DNA of 35,849 nucleotides from the IMG/VR virus record IMGVR_UViG_3300020045_003075, positions 1 through 35,849 of that record, one strand, 5' to 3'. The DNA is from a virus. Its lineage: Duplodnaviria > Caudoviricetes. Both the position numbers and the translations under genes were made by a program. This document shows, piece after piece, positions 9,722-20,039 of the stretch (positions are counted from its first letter, which is position 1; each line of letters begins with the position of its first letter). Below the pieces are notes generated by a model. The model did not search any database. It worked only from the letters and a program-made list of their open reading frames with translations, and was not told where the DNA came from.

Positions 9722-10090
9722 CTATAACTTCATATCTTCTGCTAATCTTTTTCCCCATTCTTCTCTTAGTTTCTGATTCGTAATCTTTGATCTAACAAAT
9801 TGTGGACCTGATCCATCTCTTGACCAATCAATTTCACCAACCGCTTCATGAACTGCTACTGAATATGGTGCTTCCCATTGAACAGTTCCATTATTATTCT
9901 GATCTATATTTGTTTTAACTGAATCTTTTAATTTACCGGTTTTTACAGGTATTTTTGGTTCAACATTATCTACATCATCTATTATATCATTTAAAACATT
10001 CGTAACACCAATTCTCTCTTTTATTAGCATTTCTTTCTTTAATCTCTCTATTCCTTGAGATATATTACTTCTAACATTTACTCTAATCAT
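9722..10090 (-). CDS. Neck / tail-completion protein (HK97 gp10 / minor-capsid-like)
   Basis: PVKTGKLKDS, APYSVAVHE, GPQFV motifs; lies between head-closure and terminator genes. Confidence 0.8.
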   Translation of the reverse strand: MIRVNVRSNISQGIERLKKEMLIKERIGVTNVLNDIIDDVDNVEPKIPVKTGKLKDSVKTNIDQNNNGTVQWEAPYSVAVHEAVGEIDWSRDGSGPQFVRSKITNQKLREEWGKRLAEDMKL

Positions 10091-10094
10091 ATCA

Positions 10095-13000
10095 TTACCT
10101 CAAATATATTTCTTGGTGTGCATCAATTACATCACGTTTTACATCTATATGTATAGGATTGTATTTTACATTGTTATAAACTATATAATCTTGTGGTAAT
10201 TCAACTAAAATATTCAAACTTGCATATATTTTGGATGTAGAAACTACCATATTACCATCAAGATCCATAACTTTTGATGTTTCAGATACAAATCTGCAAG
10301 GAACATCGTTATATTCTTCAAATAAAGGTTGATTTCTTGTATTATAATCTGTAAATTTATATATTGCAAATAGATCTGTCATATAATGAGACATTGCAGA
10401 TACTATATTTCTATTCATTCTATCCACTACTGTTATAGTAGATGGTCTATCTAATACTAATGCTTGTGTCATGCTTGGAAATCCTCCAGAAGTTAATGTT
10501 CTCTCTTCATAATTCCAAATTTCTTCTAATGTTGGTACATCAATAGGACCTAAAGAAATTTCAGATATTTTACCATCTAAATTAAGAGTTACTAAGTTAT
10601 TTATATTACTAATCTTAGTAGTTGCACCTTCTAATTCTATTCTTATTTGACCAACTGTTGGTGGTTCTGATCTTTGTATTAATGCTGGTGCATCATTTAA
10701 ATCATCTAATGTGTTTTTAGTACCATTAATTTCATATCCAGTTTTATCATCATTATTTAATACATTAACTTTACCATCTACATTAGTTACCAGTTTATTA
10801 GCTGGAATATCCAATATCTCTGCTGCAATTTCTGCTGCTGTTGGTATATCTACTAAAGTTTTTCCGGTTGTTCCAGGAGCAGTAAATGATGAAGTATCAA
10901 CTGTCCATACATCAGATGCAGAAAATAATGTTGAAATAGGTGGTAAAACAGGTAATGCGTTGTCCCAAATGTCCATTCCACCAAGATTTAAAATATATCC
11001 AGCAGGGTATAATACTGAAATATCGTCCCAATAAAAATAATTATTAGGTGATACAGCATCAGTAGTTCCAGATAATGAAACAATTATTTTACCAGTTGTA
11101 GTAATTGGAGATATATTTACTGAAATAAATTGCCAATCAGTAGTATTTGTTGCTTGTGAATATGCTACTGATCCATCGTCATAACTAATTGATAACTTAG
11201 GTAATGTATAAACTGCTCCACTATAATAATCAGAACTAGCTATTTTACACCAAATAGCAATAGTCATTACTTTATTTTGAATATTACCTGTTGGAACATC
11301 AAAAGAAAACACAAATTCATCTGTAGATGTTAATGGTTCGAATCTTAAAGCACTTCCACCTGCTGTTCTAACTGTTGTATCAGTTAAAGAAGAATTAGTT
11401 CTTTGTATTTTACCAAAATTATAAATAACTTTATCATCTGTAAATGCTCCGTTATAATCTGTAAACTTTAAACATCCTCCAGGTAACATACTAGTTAATT
11501 CTGTTTCATCAAATACTAAACTTCCTGTTGGATTTTTAAAAGTATAATTAGGTAAAGTACCTGAAATAGCCCAACCAATATCTACAGTATTTGCTACTTC
11601 TGAACCAAATATACAATTTTCATCTATAGCATTAACACTTAATGGACCTACTGCAATAGCACATAAACAATTATCAAATTTATTTCCACTTATTTCTGTT
11701 GGAGAAACACATGAATTTATTGACATAGTTCCAAAACTTGTAAGTGGTGTAGCAATTCCAAAAAATGAATTATTTTTACATATATGATTTACACCTGATA
11801 AATTTACATGTGCTGCTATAGCTGCTATACCATTTTCATAAGTATTATTTTCCCATGTTATTCTAGTATTTGTTGCAGATATCGCTGGTCCACTATATAA
11901 TGATAAATAATTTCCATTTTTAATTTCAAATCTACCTGAAATATGACCTAAAGCATAATAAGCTAATGGATTATAAGCTGGAATAACTCTATGAGTATAT
12001 ACTCTGTTAATTAAAACTCCTTTTGGTGGAATAGTTAAATAAGTAAGATAATAATTAGAGTTTGAAGTAGACCATGCACATATATCCTGAAATCTAATTT
12101 GTTCATAATATTGTGTTTGTAAATAAGCAAGATAATAATAATATGAACTTGCAGATGCAGAAAAAGATATATTATTTATGTCAACCCCATCAACTATTAA
12201 ATTTGCACAACTATAGAATGTATTTGTAGAGTAAGTTGATGTATTTCTTAATTTAATTCCATGACAATCTAATTTAATAACTGTTGCACCAGCAAGTCTA
12301 TCATTAGTTGCTAAATTACTTGTTAAAGTTATATCATTTCCAGCAACAGAACTAACTGTATGAATAGTTATAACACCTTGACCTTGAATATTTTGTTTAC
12401 CAATTACAACTGAATCACCATTTACCCAGTCAACATTATTTGTAGTTAAAAGATGTGCTTGACCTATTACTGCATTTGAAACTAAACTTGTTTTTTGATA
12501 AGTTGGGATCTCTCCATAAAAGAATAATGATTTTAATACACCAAAATCATAGGATCCAGAAGCATAAGATGCAGAAGCAAATCTAGCTGTAGTTGTTCCA
12601 ACATTAGGTAAACCAAATGATAATATTGCTTTTTGTGCTATAGGTATTCTTGCATCTTCAGTACCAATTCTTATACCTGAAAATGATTCAAATACAACAA
12701 GACCTTTAATTGTTAATTCATATGAAGAAACTGGTGGATTTTCCCATTCTAATAAAGCAACATCATCTATTCCAGGATTTGCAACATTAGAACATATAAT
12801 ACATGCAATACCATAAACAGTATCACCTGTACCTAAAACAGAGGCCATAGAACAAGTTTTATCTATAATTACTTTATCTTTTACTATTAATGTATCATCA
12901 TTATTAAAAGAAACTGCATTATCACACCAAGTAGCATAGAATGGATTTGTAGCATCAGAAGTACGTAAATTCCATGTACCTGTACCTGTTCCATGGGTAA

Positions 13001-13613
13001 TTCTAAATCTCCATTTACTAGCAGTTGTATCAACTGCATAAGAAGAAGTAAATGTAATTGGAGTAAAATAACCACCTCTATATTTATAAGTTCCTGACAT
13101 ACCTTCACCAGCAATTTCAGAAGTAGTCATTGTTTTAGTAGATCTTTGTACACCAACAGACCAAGTACCAGAAGGTGTACCCGATAAAGCAATTATTGAA
13201 CCTGAAGGTGTAGAACTTAATTGAAAATCATTTGCTGTTTTATTTCTTACATAATATTGTGTACCAGCAGTTATACCTGTTGGCAATACACCAGTAGTAG
13301 TAAAACTTACTATATCATTATCTAATAAACCATGTGCAACTTTATTAACTTTTTCTGTTCCAGTATCAAATGATGTAACAGATTGATATTCTTCTAAACT
13401 ACATATTACTTCTCTAGTTGACATCGATACTGTTGTTAAATCTAGTACTATTCCTAAACAATTTCCTGCATTAGCAAATGTTATATTTTGATATCTAGTA
13501 GTAGTTAATGCTAAATTTGTAGAACTACCCGTACCTAAATTATAGGATTCTACTCTATAAAAACCACTAGCAGTGTTTAAAGTTGTGTTTCCATTAGATA
13601 TTACAACAGCCAT
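10095..13613 (-). CDS. Large virion fibre/adhesin-like protein with a C-terminal head-closure (stopper)-like domain
   Basis: 1172 aa, Thr/Ser/Gly/Asn-rich and beta-type; HGL..D.V.F..G.LP.G..AG..YYV module; beta-helix-like and CBM-like stretches; last ~100 aa (NQPLF..VPCRF..KVMDLDGNMVVSTSKIY..DYIVYNNVKY) fit a head-closure protein at the expected position. Confidence 0.7.
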   Translation of the reverse strand: MAVVISNGNTTLNTASGFYRVESYNLGTGSSTNLALTTTRYQNITFANAGNCLGIVLDLTTVSMSTREVICSLEEYQSVTSFDTGTEKVNKVAHGLLDNDIVSFTTTGVLPTGITAGTQYYVRNKTANDFQLSSTPSGSIIALSGTPSGTWSVGVQRSTKTMTTSEIAGEGMSGTYKYRGGYFTPITFTSSYAVDTTASKWRFRITHGTGTGTWNLRTSDATNPFYATWCDNAVSFNNDDTLIVKDKVIIDKTCSMASVLGTGDTVYGIACIICSNVANPGIDDVALLEWENPPVSSYELTIKGLVVFESFSGIRIGTEDARIPIAQKAILSFGLPNVGTTTARFASASYASGSYDFGVLKSLFFYGEIPTYQKTSLVSNAVIGQAHLLTTNNVDWVNGDSVVIGKQNIQGQGVITIHTVSSVAGNDITLTSNLATNDRLAGATVIKLDCHGIKLRNTSTYSTNTFYSCANLIVDGVDINNISFSASASSYYYYLAYLQTQYYEQIRFQDICAWSTSNSNYYLTYLTIPPKGVLINRVYTHRVIPAYNPLAYYALGHISGRFEIKNGNYLSLYSGPAISATNTRITWENNTYENGIAAIAAHVNLSGVNHICKNNSFFGIATPLTSFGTMSINSCVSPTEISGNKFDNCLCAIAVGPLSVNAIDENCIFGSEVANTVDIGWAISGTLPNYTFKNPTGSLVFDETELTSMLPGGCLKFTDYNGAFTDDKVIYNFGKIQRTNSSLTDTTVRTAGGSALRFEPLTSTDEFVFSFDVPTGNIQNKVMTIAIWCKIASSDYYSGAVYTLPKLSISYDDGSVAYSQATNTTDWQFISVNISPITTTGKIIVSLSGTTDAVSPNNYFYWDDISVLYPAGYILNLGGMDIWDNALPVLPPISTLFSASDVWTVDTSSFTAPGTTGKTLVDIPTAAEIAAEILDIPANKLVTNVDGKVNVLNNDDKTGYEINGTKNTLDDLNDAPALIQRSEPPTVGQIRIELEGATTKISNINNLVTLNLDGKISEISLGPIDVPTLEEIWNYEERTLTSGGFPSMTQALVLDRPSTITVVDRMNRNIVSAMSHYMTDLFAIYKFTDYNTRNQPLFEEYNDVPCRFVSETSKVMDLDGNMVVSTSKIYASLNILVELPQDYIVYNNVKYNPIHIDVKRDVIDAHQEIYLR

Positions 13614-13619
13614 AATAGG

Positions 13620-13775
13620 TTATTCCTCTATTTGTTCATCAATTATCGGTTCAAAATTCAAAGATTCCTCTAATAATGATATTCTATAATCAATTTCTTC
13701 TTCTGATTTAGCAATAATTCTGAATTTTTTATTATTTATTATTATTTCTCTTTCTATATTTTTAATAATAATCAT
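13620..13775 (-). CDS. Small hypothetical protein, 51 aa (not in ORF track)
   Basis: Translated by hand: MIIIKNIEREIIINNKKFRIIAKSEEEIDYRISLLEESLNFEPIIDEQIEE; GGAG upstream; fills the gap neatly. Confidence 0.6.
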   Translation of the reverse strand: MIIIKNIEREIIINNKKFRIIAKSEEEIDYRISLLEESLNFEPIIDEQIEE

Positions 13776-13781
13776 AATTTA

Positions 13782-14228
13782 TTAATCTCCAAGCAGAACA
13801 TTATCATAATAATATACATCATTCATTTCTCTTGTTAATTGTTCACTACGAAACGCTACAGTGCGTGTGTAAGGCCCAAGGAGGCTATTAATTATCGGAT
13901 CGAATGGTAACATACCTTCTCTATATTTCTCTTGATATACACCAGCCTCAGAGACTGTTTGAGAAATTAAATCTAATCTGTCAAGTCTTGATCCACTTGT
14001 TCTCCAGATGTGAATTGCATGGTGATGTACAGCAGCAATTGCACTATTTCTTGGTGCAGAATCTATATCAAATGCTAAATATAACTGATAATATGATGTA
14101 TATAACAGATTATTTCTTAATGATTCTGTTTCTTCTGGTGTTCCAGCTGTAATATTATGAGGTGGGAATAATAATTCCAAGAAATCTTCAAAATCTTCAA
14201 TATTTATGTAAGAAGGAAGTGTTATCAT
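13782..14228 (-). CDS. Head-tail adaptor (connector) protein
   Basis: 148 aa; YINIEDFEDFL near the N-terminus and ..SLLGPY near the C-terminus; position after major capsid. Confidence 0.65.
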   Translation of the reverse strand: MITLPSYINIEDFEDFLELLFPPHNITAGTPEETESLRNNLLYTSYYQLYLAFDIDSAPRNSAIAAVHHHAIHIWRTSGSRLDRLDLISQTVSEAGVYQEKYREGMLPFDPIINSLLGPYTRTVAFRSEQLTREMNDVYYYDNVLLGD

Positions 14229-14485
14229 TAGTTTTTACTCCTATATTCTTTAAGCCAGAATTTCCTAGGGCATTGTTGATTGTTTAAACTAAGTTTTTTA
14301 AGCAAATTGCAACCACACAAACCGCATTTTGTATGTTTAAAATCTTCATTAAAGTTCTTTATATGGTCACATTTAGTACATATGTTCTTTCTTTTATTAA
14401 ATACCTGTTCAGAAGCAAAGTTAATTCTGAATGCAAACTGAGCAATTCCATACAAACCTTGCATATAATGCGGTAAATAGTTCAT
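14228..14485 (-). CDS. Small Cys-rich, probably Zn-binding protein (DUF6171-like)
   Basis: R..ICTKC...KCGLCGC.L..K......CP..FW pattern. Confidence 0.7.
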   Translation of the reverse strand: MNYLPHYMQGLYGIAQFAFRINFASEQVFNKRKNICTKCDHIKNFNEDFKHTKCGLCGCNLLKKLSLNNQQCPRKFWLKEYRSKN

Positions 14486-14487
14486 TA

Positions 14488-14496
14488 TTTTGTCCT
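14488..14496 (-). promoter_or_regulatory. AGGACAAAA motif overlapping the SD of the Cys-rich gene
   Basis: GAGGACAAAATA-ATG, downstream of the capsid terminator. Confidence 0.5.
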
Positions 14497-14518
14497 CTTA
14501 TTATTTTAGGGTTATAAT

Positions 14519-14555
14519 TAAAAAAGAAATGGCCTATTCATCTAAGAATAAGCCA
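14519..14555 (-). terminator. Rho-independent terminator after major capsid gene
   Basis: TGGCTTATTC-ttagat-GAATAGGCCA followed by TTTCTTTTTTT. Confidence 0.8.
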
Positions 14556-14599
14556 AATCTATTATTTTATAGTTATTACTAACTATTATCTATGGTTCA

Positions 14600-15586
14600 T
14601 TATGCTGTTGCGCAGCGTCTTATTACATTGTCTGAAAGGATTGCTGAACCCCAACGGCCCCAAACAGCCATTGTCGTTGCGGCTTCGAGGATATTCTCGT
14701 CAAACTTAATTTCAAGTGCTTTACGCATACCAGTTCTACCAGCTTTCTGCACAGGAACTACATAATATACGTCATTATTTGCTAAATAACTTGTAGAAGC
14801 AATCGAAACATTAAATCCAACATTTTTGACACCAAATTTATCAGCAGCAATTGCAGCACTTAATCTAGATGCAAGACGAATTGGAGCTATAATTCCGAAC
14901 TGAGTTGCAGAATTAATTCCCTGCCATCCACCAGCAGCTTCAATTATTTCTATAATTGCTTCATTAATTGTATTGGTATCACGAGAAATAACATAGTTAG
15001 GATCTGTATTAGCAAGAGCAGCAGGAGTAGGATTCTGCCATGCTACATTTATTCCAGCACCCATTGCATCAATAAGGTCATAATGAGTGGAAGCAATTGA
15101 ATTATTATAAGCATTTTGTGCTTCAACAAGATTATCTTCCATGTCCCACCAACGACCATCTTCTATCAAACTATTTATATACAGCAACGCTCCACCGAAT
15201 CTGACAAATGGAACTCTAACTGAATCACCTTGAGCTTGATAAACTTGTGCTTTTTGACCATCAGGAACTGCTGCAAGAACAAGACCAGAACCAGCAACTG
15301 CAACATCAAAACCTGTTTCTCCACCAGCACCGTTGGTATTGGTAAAGTCAATTACTTTGAATGCAAGTTGCCAACCAAGATCCAAACTTACATCTTGACG
15401 GACTTGTTCAAGACTTGGATAACCATCAGCTGGAAAATCTGTTCTCATAGTAAAGTAATTAATATGAGATTCACGACTTTTATTAAATTTATCAGCAAGT
15501 TTGATTTCAAGTGCTCTTTTAACTGCACTTGTTCCTTCAATAGTAGACAGATCTGCTTTATCCCAATTTATAAGGTTATATTTCAT
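14600..15586 (-). CDS. Major capsid protein
   Basis: 328 aa; AAGGAG SD; visibly higher GC; follows scaffold and decoration genes and precedes a terminator; RFGGAL...LIED and AVWGRWG are compatible with the HK97 fold. Confidence 0.82.
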   Translation of the reverse strand: MKYNLINWDKADLSTIEGTSAVKRALEIKLADKFNKSRESHINYFTMRTDFPADGYPSLEQVRQDVSLDLGWQLAFKVIDFTNTNGAGGETGFDVAVAGSGLVLAAVPDGQKAQVYQAQGDSVRVPFVRFGGALLYINSLIEDGRWWDMEDNLVEAQNAYNNSIASTHYDLIDAMGAGINVAWQNPTPAALANTDPNYVISRDTNTINEAIIEIIEAAGGWQGINSATQFGIIAPIRLASRLSAAIAADKFGVKNVGFNVSIASTSYLANNDVYYVVPVQKAGRTGMRKALEIKFDENILEAATTMAVWGRWGSAILSDNVIRRCATA

Positions 15587-15603
15587 ATCTATTTACTCCT
15601 TTA

Positions 15604-16005
15604 TTATGTTAAGATACTAATTGGAAGTAAGAATCCAATAAGATCAATTTCACATTCTGTGTCATATGTGGTTGCGTCTTTTGTAAGAACACCGCATCCA
15701 GCTAATGCATCATCAGAAGTTACATTTACAACACACAAATTAACAGAATCTATAGCAATAGGAGTTCCTGCTTCAGAATCTGCATCAAGAGCACAAGGTA
15801 CAACAATTTTATTAGCTTTGTAAACGATTGTAGTACTTCCACCTTGAATAACATCTTCAGTCAATACCCCAGCAATACCTGCTGTAGAATAAGGCTGAAC
15901 AAAATCACCAGCTGAATAAGCTGCATCACATGTTACAGTCATTGCACACCAGATATTATCGCGGAGTTTTACTATATTAGTATTCAATTCAAAATTATCT
16001 AACAT
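15604..16005 (-). CDS. Capsid decoration/cement protein
   Basis: 133 aa directly before the capsid gene; AYSAGDFV..IAGV..EDV..G and CGVLTKDA resemble DUF2190-type cement proteins. Confidence 0.65.
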   Translation of the reverse strand: MLDNFELNTNIVKLRDNIWCAMTVTCDAAYSAGDFVQPYSTAGIAGVLTEDVIQGGSTTIVYKANKIVVPCALDADSEAGTPIAIDSVNLCVVNVTSDDALAGCGVLTKDATTYDTECEIDLIGFLLPISILT

Positions 16006-16160
16006 GTTTTAATCTCCAGATTAATTTAACATTTAAAATAAACATCACTTTCTCTATTTTCATAGTAATTTAAACTCTAATCATTTATTAGATTAGTAAA
16101 TGAATGTGTTCTTAATACGATTCTTTATTTTATCCTTGTGTTAATATGATATAATTAACA

Positions 16161-16331
16161 CTATTCTTCATCTTGTATTAATTTCTTTCTACCAGGTTTA
16201 CCTTTTATTATTTCAGAGTTAATAACTTTATCATTTTTTTTGTTAAATCCCATAACAAAAGAACCCATGCTATTATTTACAGCATAACTCGGTGTTACTA
16301 TTTTATCATCATCTTTTTTAAACATGTACAT
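16161..16331 (-). CDS. Small hypothetical protein, 56 aa (not in ORF track)
   Basis: AGGAG SD; MYMFKKDDDKIVTPSYAVNNSMGSFVMGFNKKNDKVINSEIIKGKPGRKKLIQDEE. Confidence 0.65.
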   Translation of the reverse strand: MYMFKKDDDKIVTPSYAVNNSMGSFVMGFNKKNDKVINSEIIKGKPGRKKLIQDEE

Positions 16332-16339
16332 AACTCCTA

Positions 16340-17527
16340 TTATATAGATAATAACTCATTTACTGCTGCTTCTATTGCATCTTTAGGATCTTTAATTGCC
16401 TGTTCATTTGATTTTTCTACTGGTTTAGGGTATTTTCTTGGTATTTCAATTATATTATTTGATATTTCTTTCTTTTCAACAGGATTAGGAGCAAATATAC
16501 TCTTTAATTTAGATATTTCATCATACTCTTCAGTATATAAAACATCAATATGTTTACAAAGATCTTCTTCTGTTTCATATTTAGATATTTCTGGATTAAT
16601 CTTCTTCATAATCTTATTTTTAATTATAGATTTAAGTTCATCTGGTTCTTGAATAGAATCTAATTTAGTTTTGACATGTTCTTCACCACGAATTCCCCAT
16701 ATTTTATGCTGATATGTCTTCATTTGTTCATTTAACGATTCATATTCTTTCTTTCTTTCTTCTTCAACTGTCTTTAATTTTTCTTCAACACGTCTAATAT
16801 GTTCATGTTTAGTTTGTAATTCTCTCTTAATACGTGCATCAACGTCTTTATCACCAATTATCTGTTCTATATCAAACAATTGATTAGGTTGAACTGCATT
16901 TGCTTTTACAAATTCGATTACATCATCAAGTCTCATATTTTTTATCTCCTCTGGTTTAATATGATTTATCTTCTCAGTAACAAAATAATTAAGCTGCTGG
17001 ATTAACTTTGCATTTGGAAATCCAGGTGAATCTATATTTTTATTTGATAATGCTATAGCTTCTATCTCTTTTACATTAACTACAGTATCATCAACTATTT
17101 CTATTATACCTTCTAAACTGGCTACATCTAATTCTTTATCTCTCCAACCAGGTTTAATATAGATTATTGCTATTGTTTCAAGTATACCATCATTATCTAT
17201 AATAGTTTTACCAACAATTGTACCTATTTCTTCTCTTGTATATTTATCAGCTTCTGTATAATGTCTAAAATAAGCTGGTATATCTGTTTGTAATGTCTGA
17301 TATATCTTTCTTATAATTGATTTTACATATTTTAACACTATTTCTCTATTAAATTCATTACTTCCTTTAGCAATTCCTTCATGAGCAATAGTATATGCTC
17401 TGAATTCTGGATGTATATCTGTTATAAGTATTTTATTAAATAATTTACTATCTATGAGTTCTTCCATTTCATCTTGAGATAATTTATCTGTTCTTTTAAA
17501 CAATTCTATATAGAAAGAGTTATTCAT
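16340..17527 (-). CDS. Prohead protease/scaffold protein
   Basis: Between portal and capsid; globular N-half (IAHEG, YFRH, VASLE, AIALS..PGF) and charged coiled-coil C-half. Confidence 0.7.
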   Translation of the reverse strand: MNNSFYIELFKRTDKLSQDEMEELIDSKLFNKILITDIHPEFRAYTIAHEGIAKGSNEFNREIVLKYVKSIIRKIYQTLQTDIPAYFRHYTEADKYTREEIGTIVGKTIIDNDGILETIAIIYIKPGWRDKELDVASLEGIIEIVDDTVVNVKEIEAIALSNKNIDSPGFPNAKLIQQLNYFVTEKINHIKPEEIKNMRLDDVIEFVKANAVQPNQLFDIEQIIGDKDVDARIKRELQTKHEHIRRVEEKLKTVEEERKKEYESLNEQMKTYQHKIWGIRGEEHVKTKLDSIQEPDELKSIIKNKIMKKINPEISKYETEEDLCKHIDVLYTEEYDEISKLKSIFAPNPVEKKEISNNIIEIPRKYPKPVEKSNEQAIKDPKDAIEAAVNELLSI

Positions 17528-18746
17528 TATTAATTACTCCATTATTTTCAGATATAAGAGATATTTCTTCATCAGGATTTTCTACTTCTGGAACATAATT
17601 TAATAGTGTTTTAAGACTAATAGCTTTTATATCATACAAATCAATTAATTTTGCTAATACTTGTTGATCTACATCTAATATTGCTGGTCTAATTATATCA
17701 CATTCTATAGAATTTATATTATAATTTGTTCCATAATCTGTATTTGATTTAGTTAATATATTAAAAAATAATTCATTAAACCAGGATATTAATATATTTC
17801 TCTCTTTTTTAATTGAATTTTCCAATTGTTCAAGCATAGCTAATGCCGTTGCACGATTATTTAATAACCTAGACATACCCAAGAAATAAATTGGTACACC
17901 TGTTGAACCAGATATTCTTTCAGAAAGTGAAACCATTTCATCAATAATTGATTTTACAGCGTTGTTATTTGTCTCTACAAGTGAATAATCAGCTGTAGTT
18001 ACTAATATCTTACCTATAGTCCATTTCATGTCTTTAATTGCATTAGATAGTGATTGTACTTCTGTTTGACTAGCACATTTAAAATATGGTGTTGGACTAG
18101 CAAATAAATGATTAACTTCTCTTAAATCTTGAGATGCTCTATCTAGATTTTCAATATATTCCATAACAGATGCAATTCTTGGATTAGTATCATTTGGTTT
18201 ATACCATAAAGAACTTCCAAAATTTCTAAATGTAAATTCTCCATATTTAATAATTTGTTGTTTTCCATTAATACCTGTATAAGTTATCTCTTTTATAATT
18301 TGTGGATCGTCTTCATCTTGAACTGCTTTATAAGCATACATATTAAATGGAAATATTTTTATATTATATAGATTATCTATATTTACTTGTTCAATTACAC
18401 CCAATAATTTACCTTCTATTTCTGTTAATACTGTTAATTGAGATAACATTTCATTAATTTGGTTATAATTTATAACTTTATTTATGTATTCTAATTCTTT
18501 TTCAGCTTTAATTCCTTGTTTTTCTTTTATAATAAGTCCTTCACCAGAAATAAAAGATGATCTTATATCTATTATGGATTGTACAAAACTTGTTCCATAC
18601 TTCTTTTTACCAAGATAAGATTCTTCAATTTGTTTAGAACTAGCAGATGTACCACCGAATGGTCGAATCCATCCTGATGCTCTTTCAGTAATATAATGTT
18701 TTATAGTAGTAGCTTTCTTAACTGGTGTTTTAGTAGTTGTTTTCAT
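17520..18746 (-). CDS. Portal protein
   Basis: 408 aa directly after terminase; ISGSTGVPIYFLG..NRATA motif. Confidence 0.85.
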   Translation of the reverse strand: MKTTTKTPVKKATTIKHYITERASGWIRPFGGTSASSKQIEESYLGKKKYGTSFVQSIIDIRSSFISGEGLIIKEKQGIKAEKELEYINKVINYNQINEMLSQLTVLTEIEGKLLGVIEQVNIDNLYNIKIFPFNMYAYKAVQDEDDPQIIKEITYTGINGKQQIIKYGEFTFRNFGSSLWYKPNDTNPRIASVMEYIENLDRASQDLREVNHLFASPTPYFKCASQTEVQSLSNAIKDMKWTIGKILVTTADYSLVETNNNAVKSIIDEMVSLSERISGSTGVPIYFLGMSRLLNNRATALAMLEQLENSIKKERNILISWFNELFFNILTKSNTDYGTNYNINSIECDIIRPAILDVDQQVLAKLIDLYDIKAISLKTLLNYVPEVENPDEEISLISENNGVINNE

Positions 18747-18771
18747 ATTAAAAAATTCCTTAAGTTTAATA

Positions 18772-18780
18772 TTTTGTCCT
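18772..18780 (-). promoter_or_regulatory. AGGACAAAA motif upstream of portal
   Basis: Exact copy in the 39-bp gap between terminase and portal. Confidence 0.6.
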
Positions 18781-18785
18781 GATTA

Positions 18786-20039
18786 TTATATTGGTTTAAC
18801 ATCAATATTAGTAACAAGTATAGGTATATTTTTATCAATTTCATTGTTTAATTTATGAAGAGCTACGTATCGAATTGCATCAATTGCATGATTAAATACA
18901 TCTGATGGTGATTCAATTATTTTATTATTTGCATCTTTCTTCCAAATATAACAAGATAATTCATTTATAATATTTTGAGAATCTTCATCTATATACAAAT
19001 TATGAGATTTTAGTATATCTATACCTCTAATTATGGAATTTGGTCCTTTATTAGCACCAAAAGCATTAAACCCTGCATTATTTAGTGCTTTAATTCTATC
19101 TGGTTCAGCAGAATCACAAACTATTTCTTCATGAATTCTATTTGGTTTTATATCATTTTTTAAAATATCTATTATTTCATCAGTTGTTAAATGAGTCTGA
19201 TATAATTCTTCTTTAATATATAGATTTTTATCATGATAACAAACCTTAACTATAGCTGTTGGATCATTGTAACCCCAGTCAATTGAATAACATATCCAAT
19301 CAAACCGCTTAGGAAACTGATTAATAGATATTGTTTTATAGTTTGTAAATACTTGACCTTCTGGATTAGTCCAATCACCTTCTAAATATATTTTACCATA
19401 ATCCGGATTTTGTTCTGCTTGTATTTGTAATGTTTTAAGATATTCTTTATCAATATATTGATTATTCAAAACAGTAGATTTAAAAACAGATGCTTGAGGA
19501 TGTTTCTTAGAATAAAACATCTTATATATCCAATGAGAGGTACCACCAACAGGATTTGTAGATAAAATTATTTGCAGATATCTACTATTATTTCCTCTTA
19601 ATCGAGTATTAATTTGGTTAAAATCGTTTAAAGTTAATTCTGTAGCTTCTTCAATAAAAATAGATGTTGGATCTATCAATGATTTTAGTTTTTCATTGTC
19701 GTCGCATCCTATGAATACTATTTTAGAATTAAATGGATGAAGAAATTCTATAGTTAAGTCAGTTTTATTAACTCTTGTGAAACTTGTGAAACCTAAATTA
19801 TCTATAATCTTCAGAATAAGTGGGAATGTTGATATTCTATGTGATTTAGAAGTCTTTCTTATAACTATATTGAATGAATTAGGTTCTGATAATGAACGAT
19901 AAACCATTTTTTGTGCTGCAAAGTATGATTTGCCAGATCCAGCACCACCACAAAGTAATAAAATACGTGATTTATTAAATAATAATGGTCTATAACTTGG
20001 TTGTATAGTTTTTTCGTAGAGTGATAAATCAATTATCAT
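18786..20039 (-). CDS. terL: Terminase large subunit, PBSX/SPP1-like
   Basis: Walker A GGAGSGKS, Walker B IFIEEATE, STNP; nuclease motifs IDWGYNDP, CDSAEP, NHAIDAIRY. Confidence 0.96.
   Translation of the reverse strand: MIIDLSLYEKTIQPSYRPLLFNKSRILLLCGGAGSGKSYFAAQKMVYRSLSEPNSFNIVIRKTSKSHRISTFPLILKIIDNLGFTSFTRVNKTDLTIEFLHPFNSKIVFIGCDDNEKLKSLIDPTSIFIEEATELTLNDFNQINTRLRGNNSRYLQIILSTNPVGGTSHWIYKMFYSKKHPQASVFKSTVLNNQYIDKEYLKTLQIQAEQNPDYGKIYLEGDWTNPEGQVFTNYKTISINQFPKRFDWICYSIDWGYNDPTAIVKVCYHDKNLYIKEELYQTHLTTDEIIDILKNDIKPNRIHEEIVCDSAEPDRIKALNNAGFNAFGANKGPNSIIRGIDILKSHNLYIDEDSQNIINELSCYIWKKDANNKIIESPSDVFNHAIDAIRYVALHKLNNEIDKNIPILVTNIDVKPI

Noticed and set aside
2668-15823. Antisense or alternate-frame ORFs (2668, 3106, 7794, 10711, 12887, 13904, 15230)
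   Set aside because: They overlap well-supported genes, lack SDs or motifs, and have shadow-frame composition.
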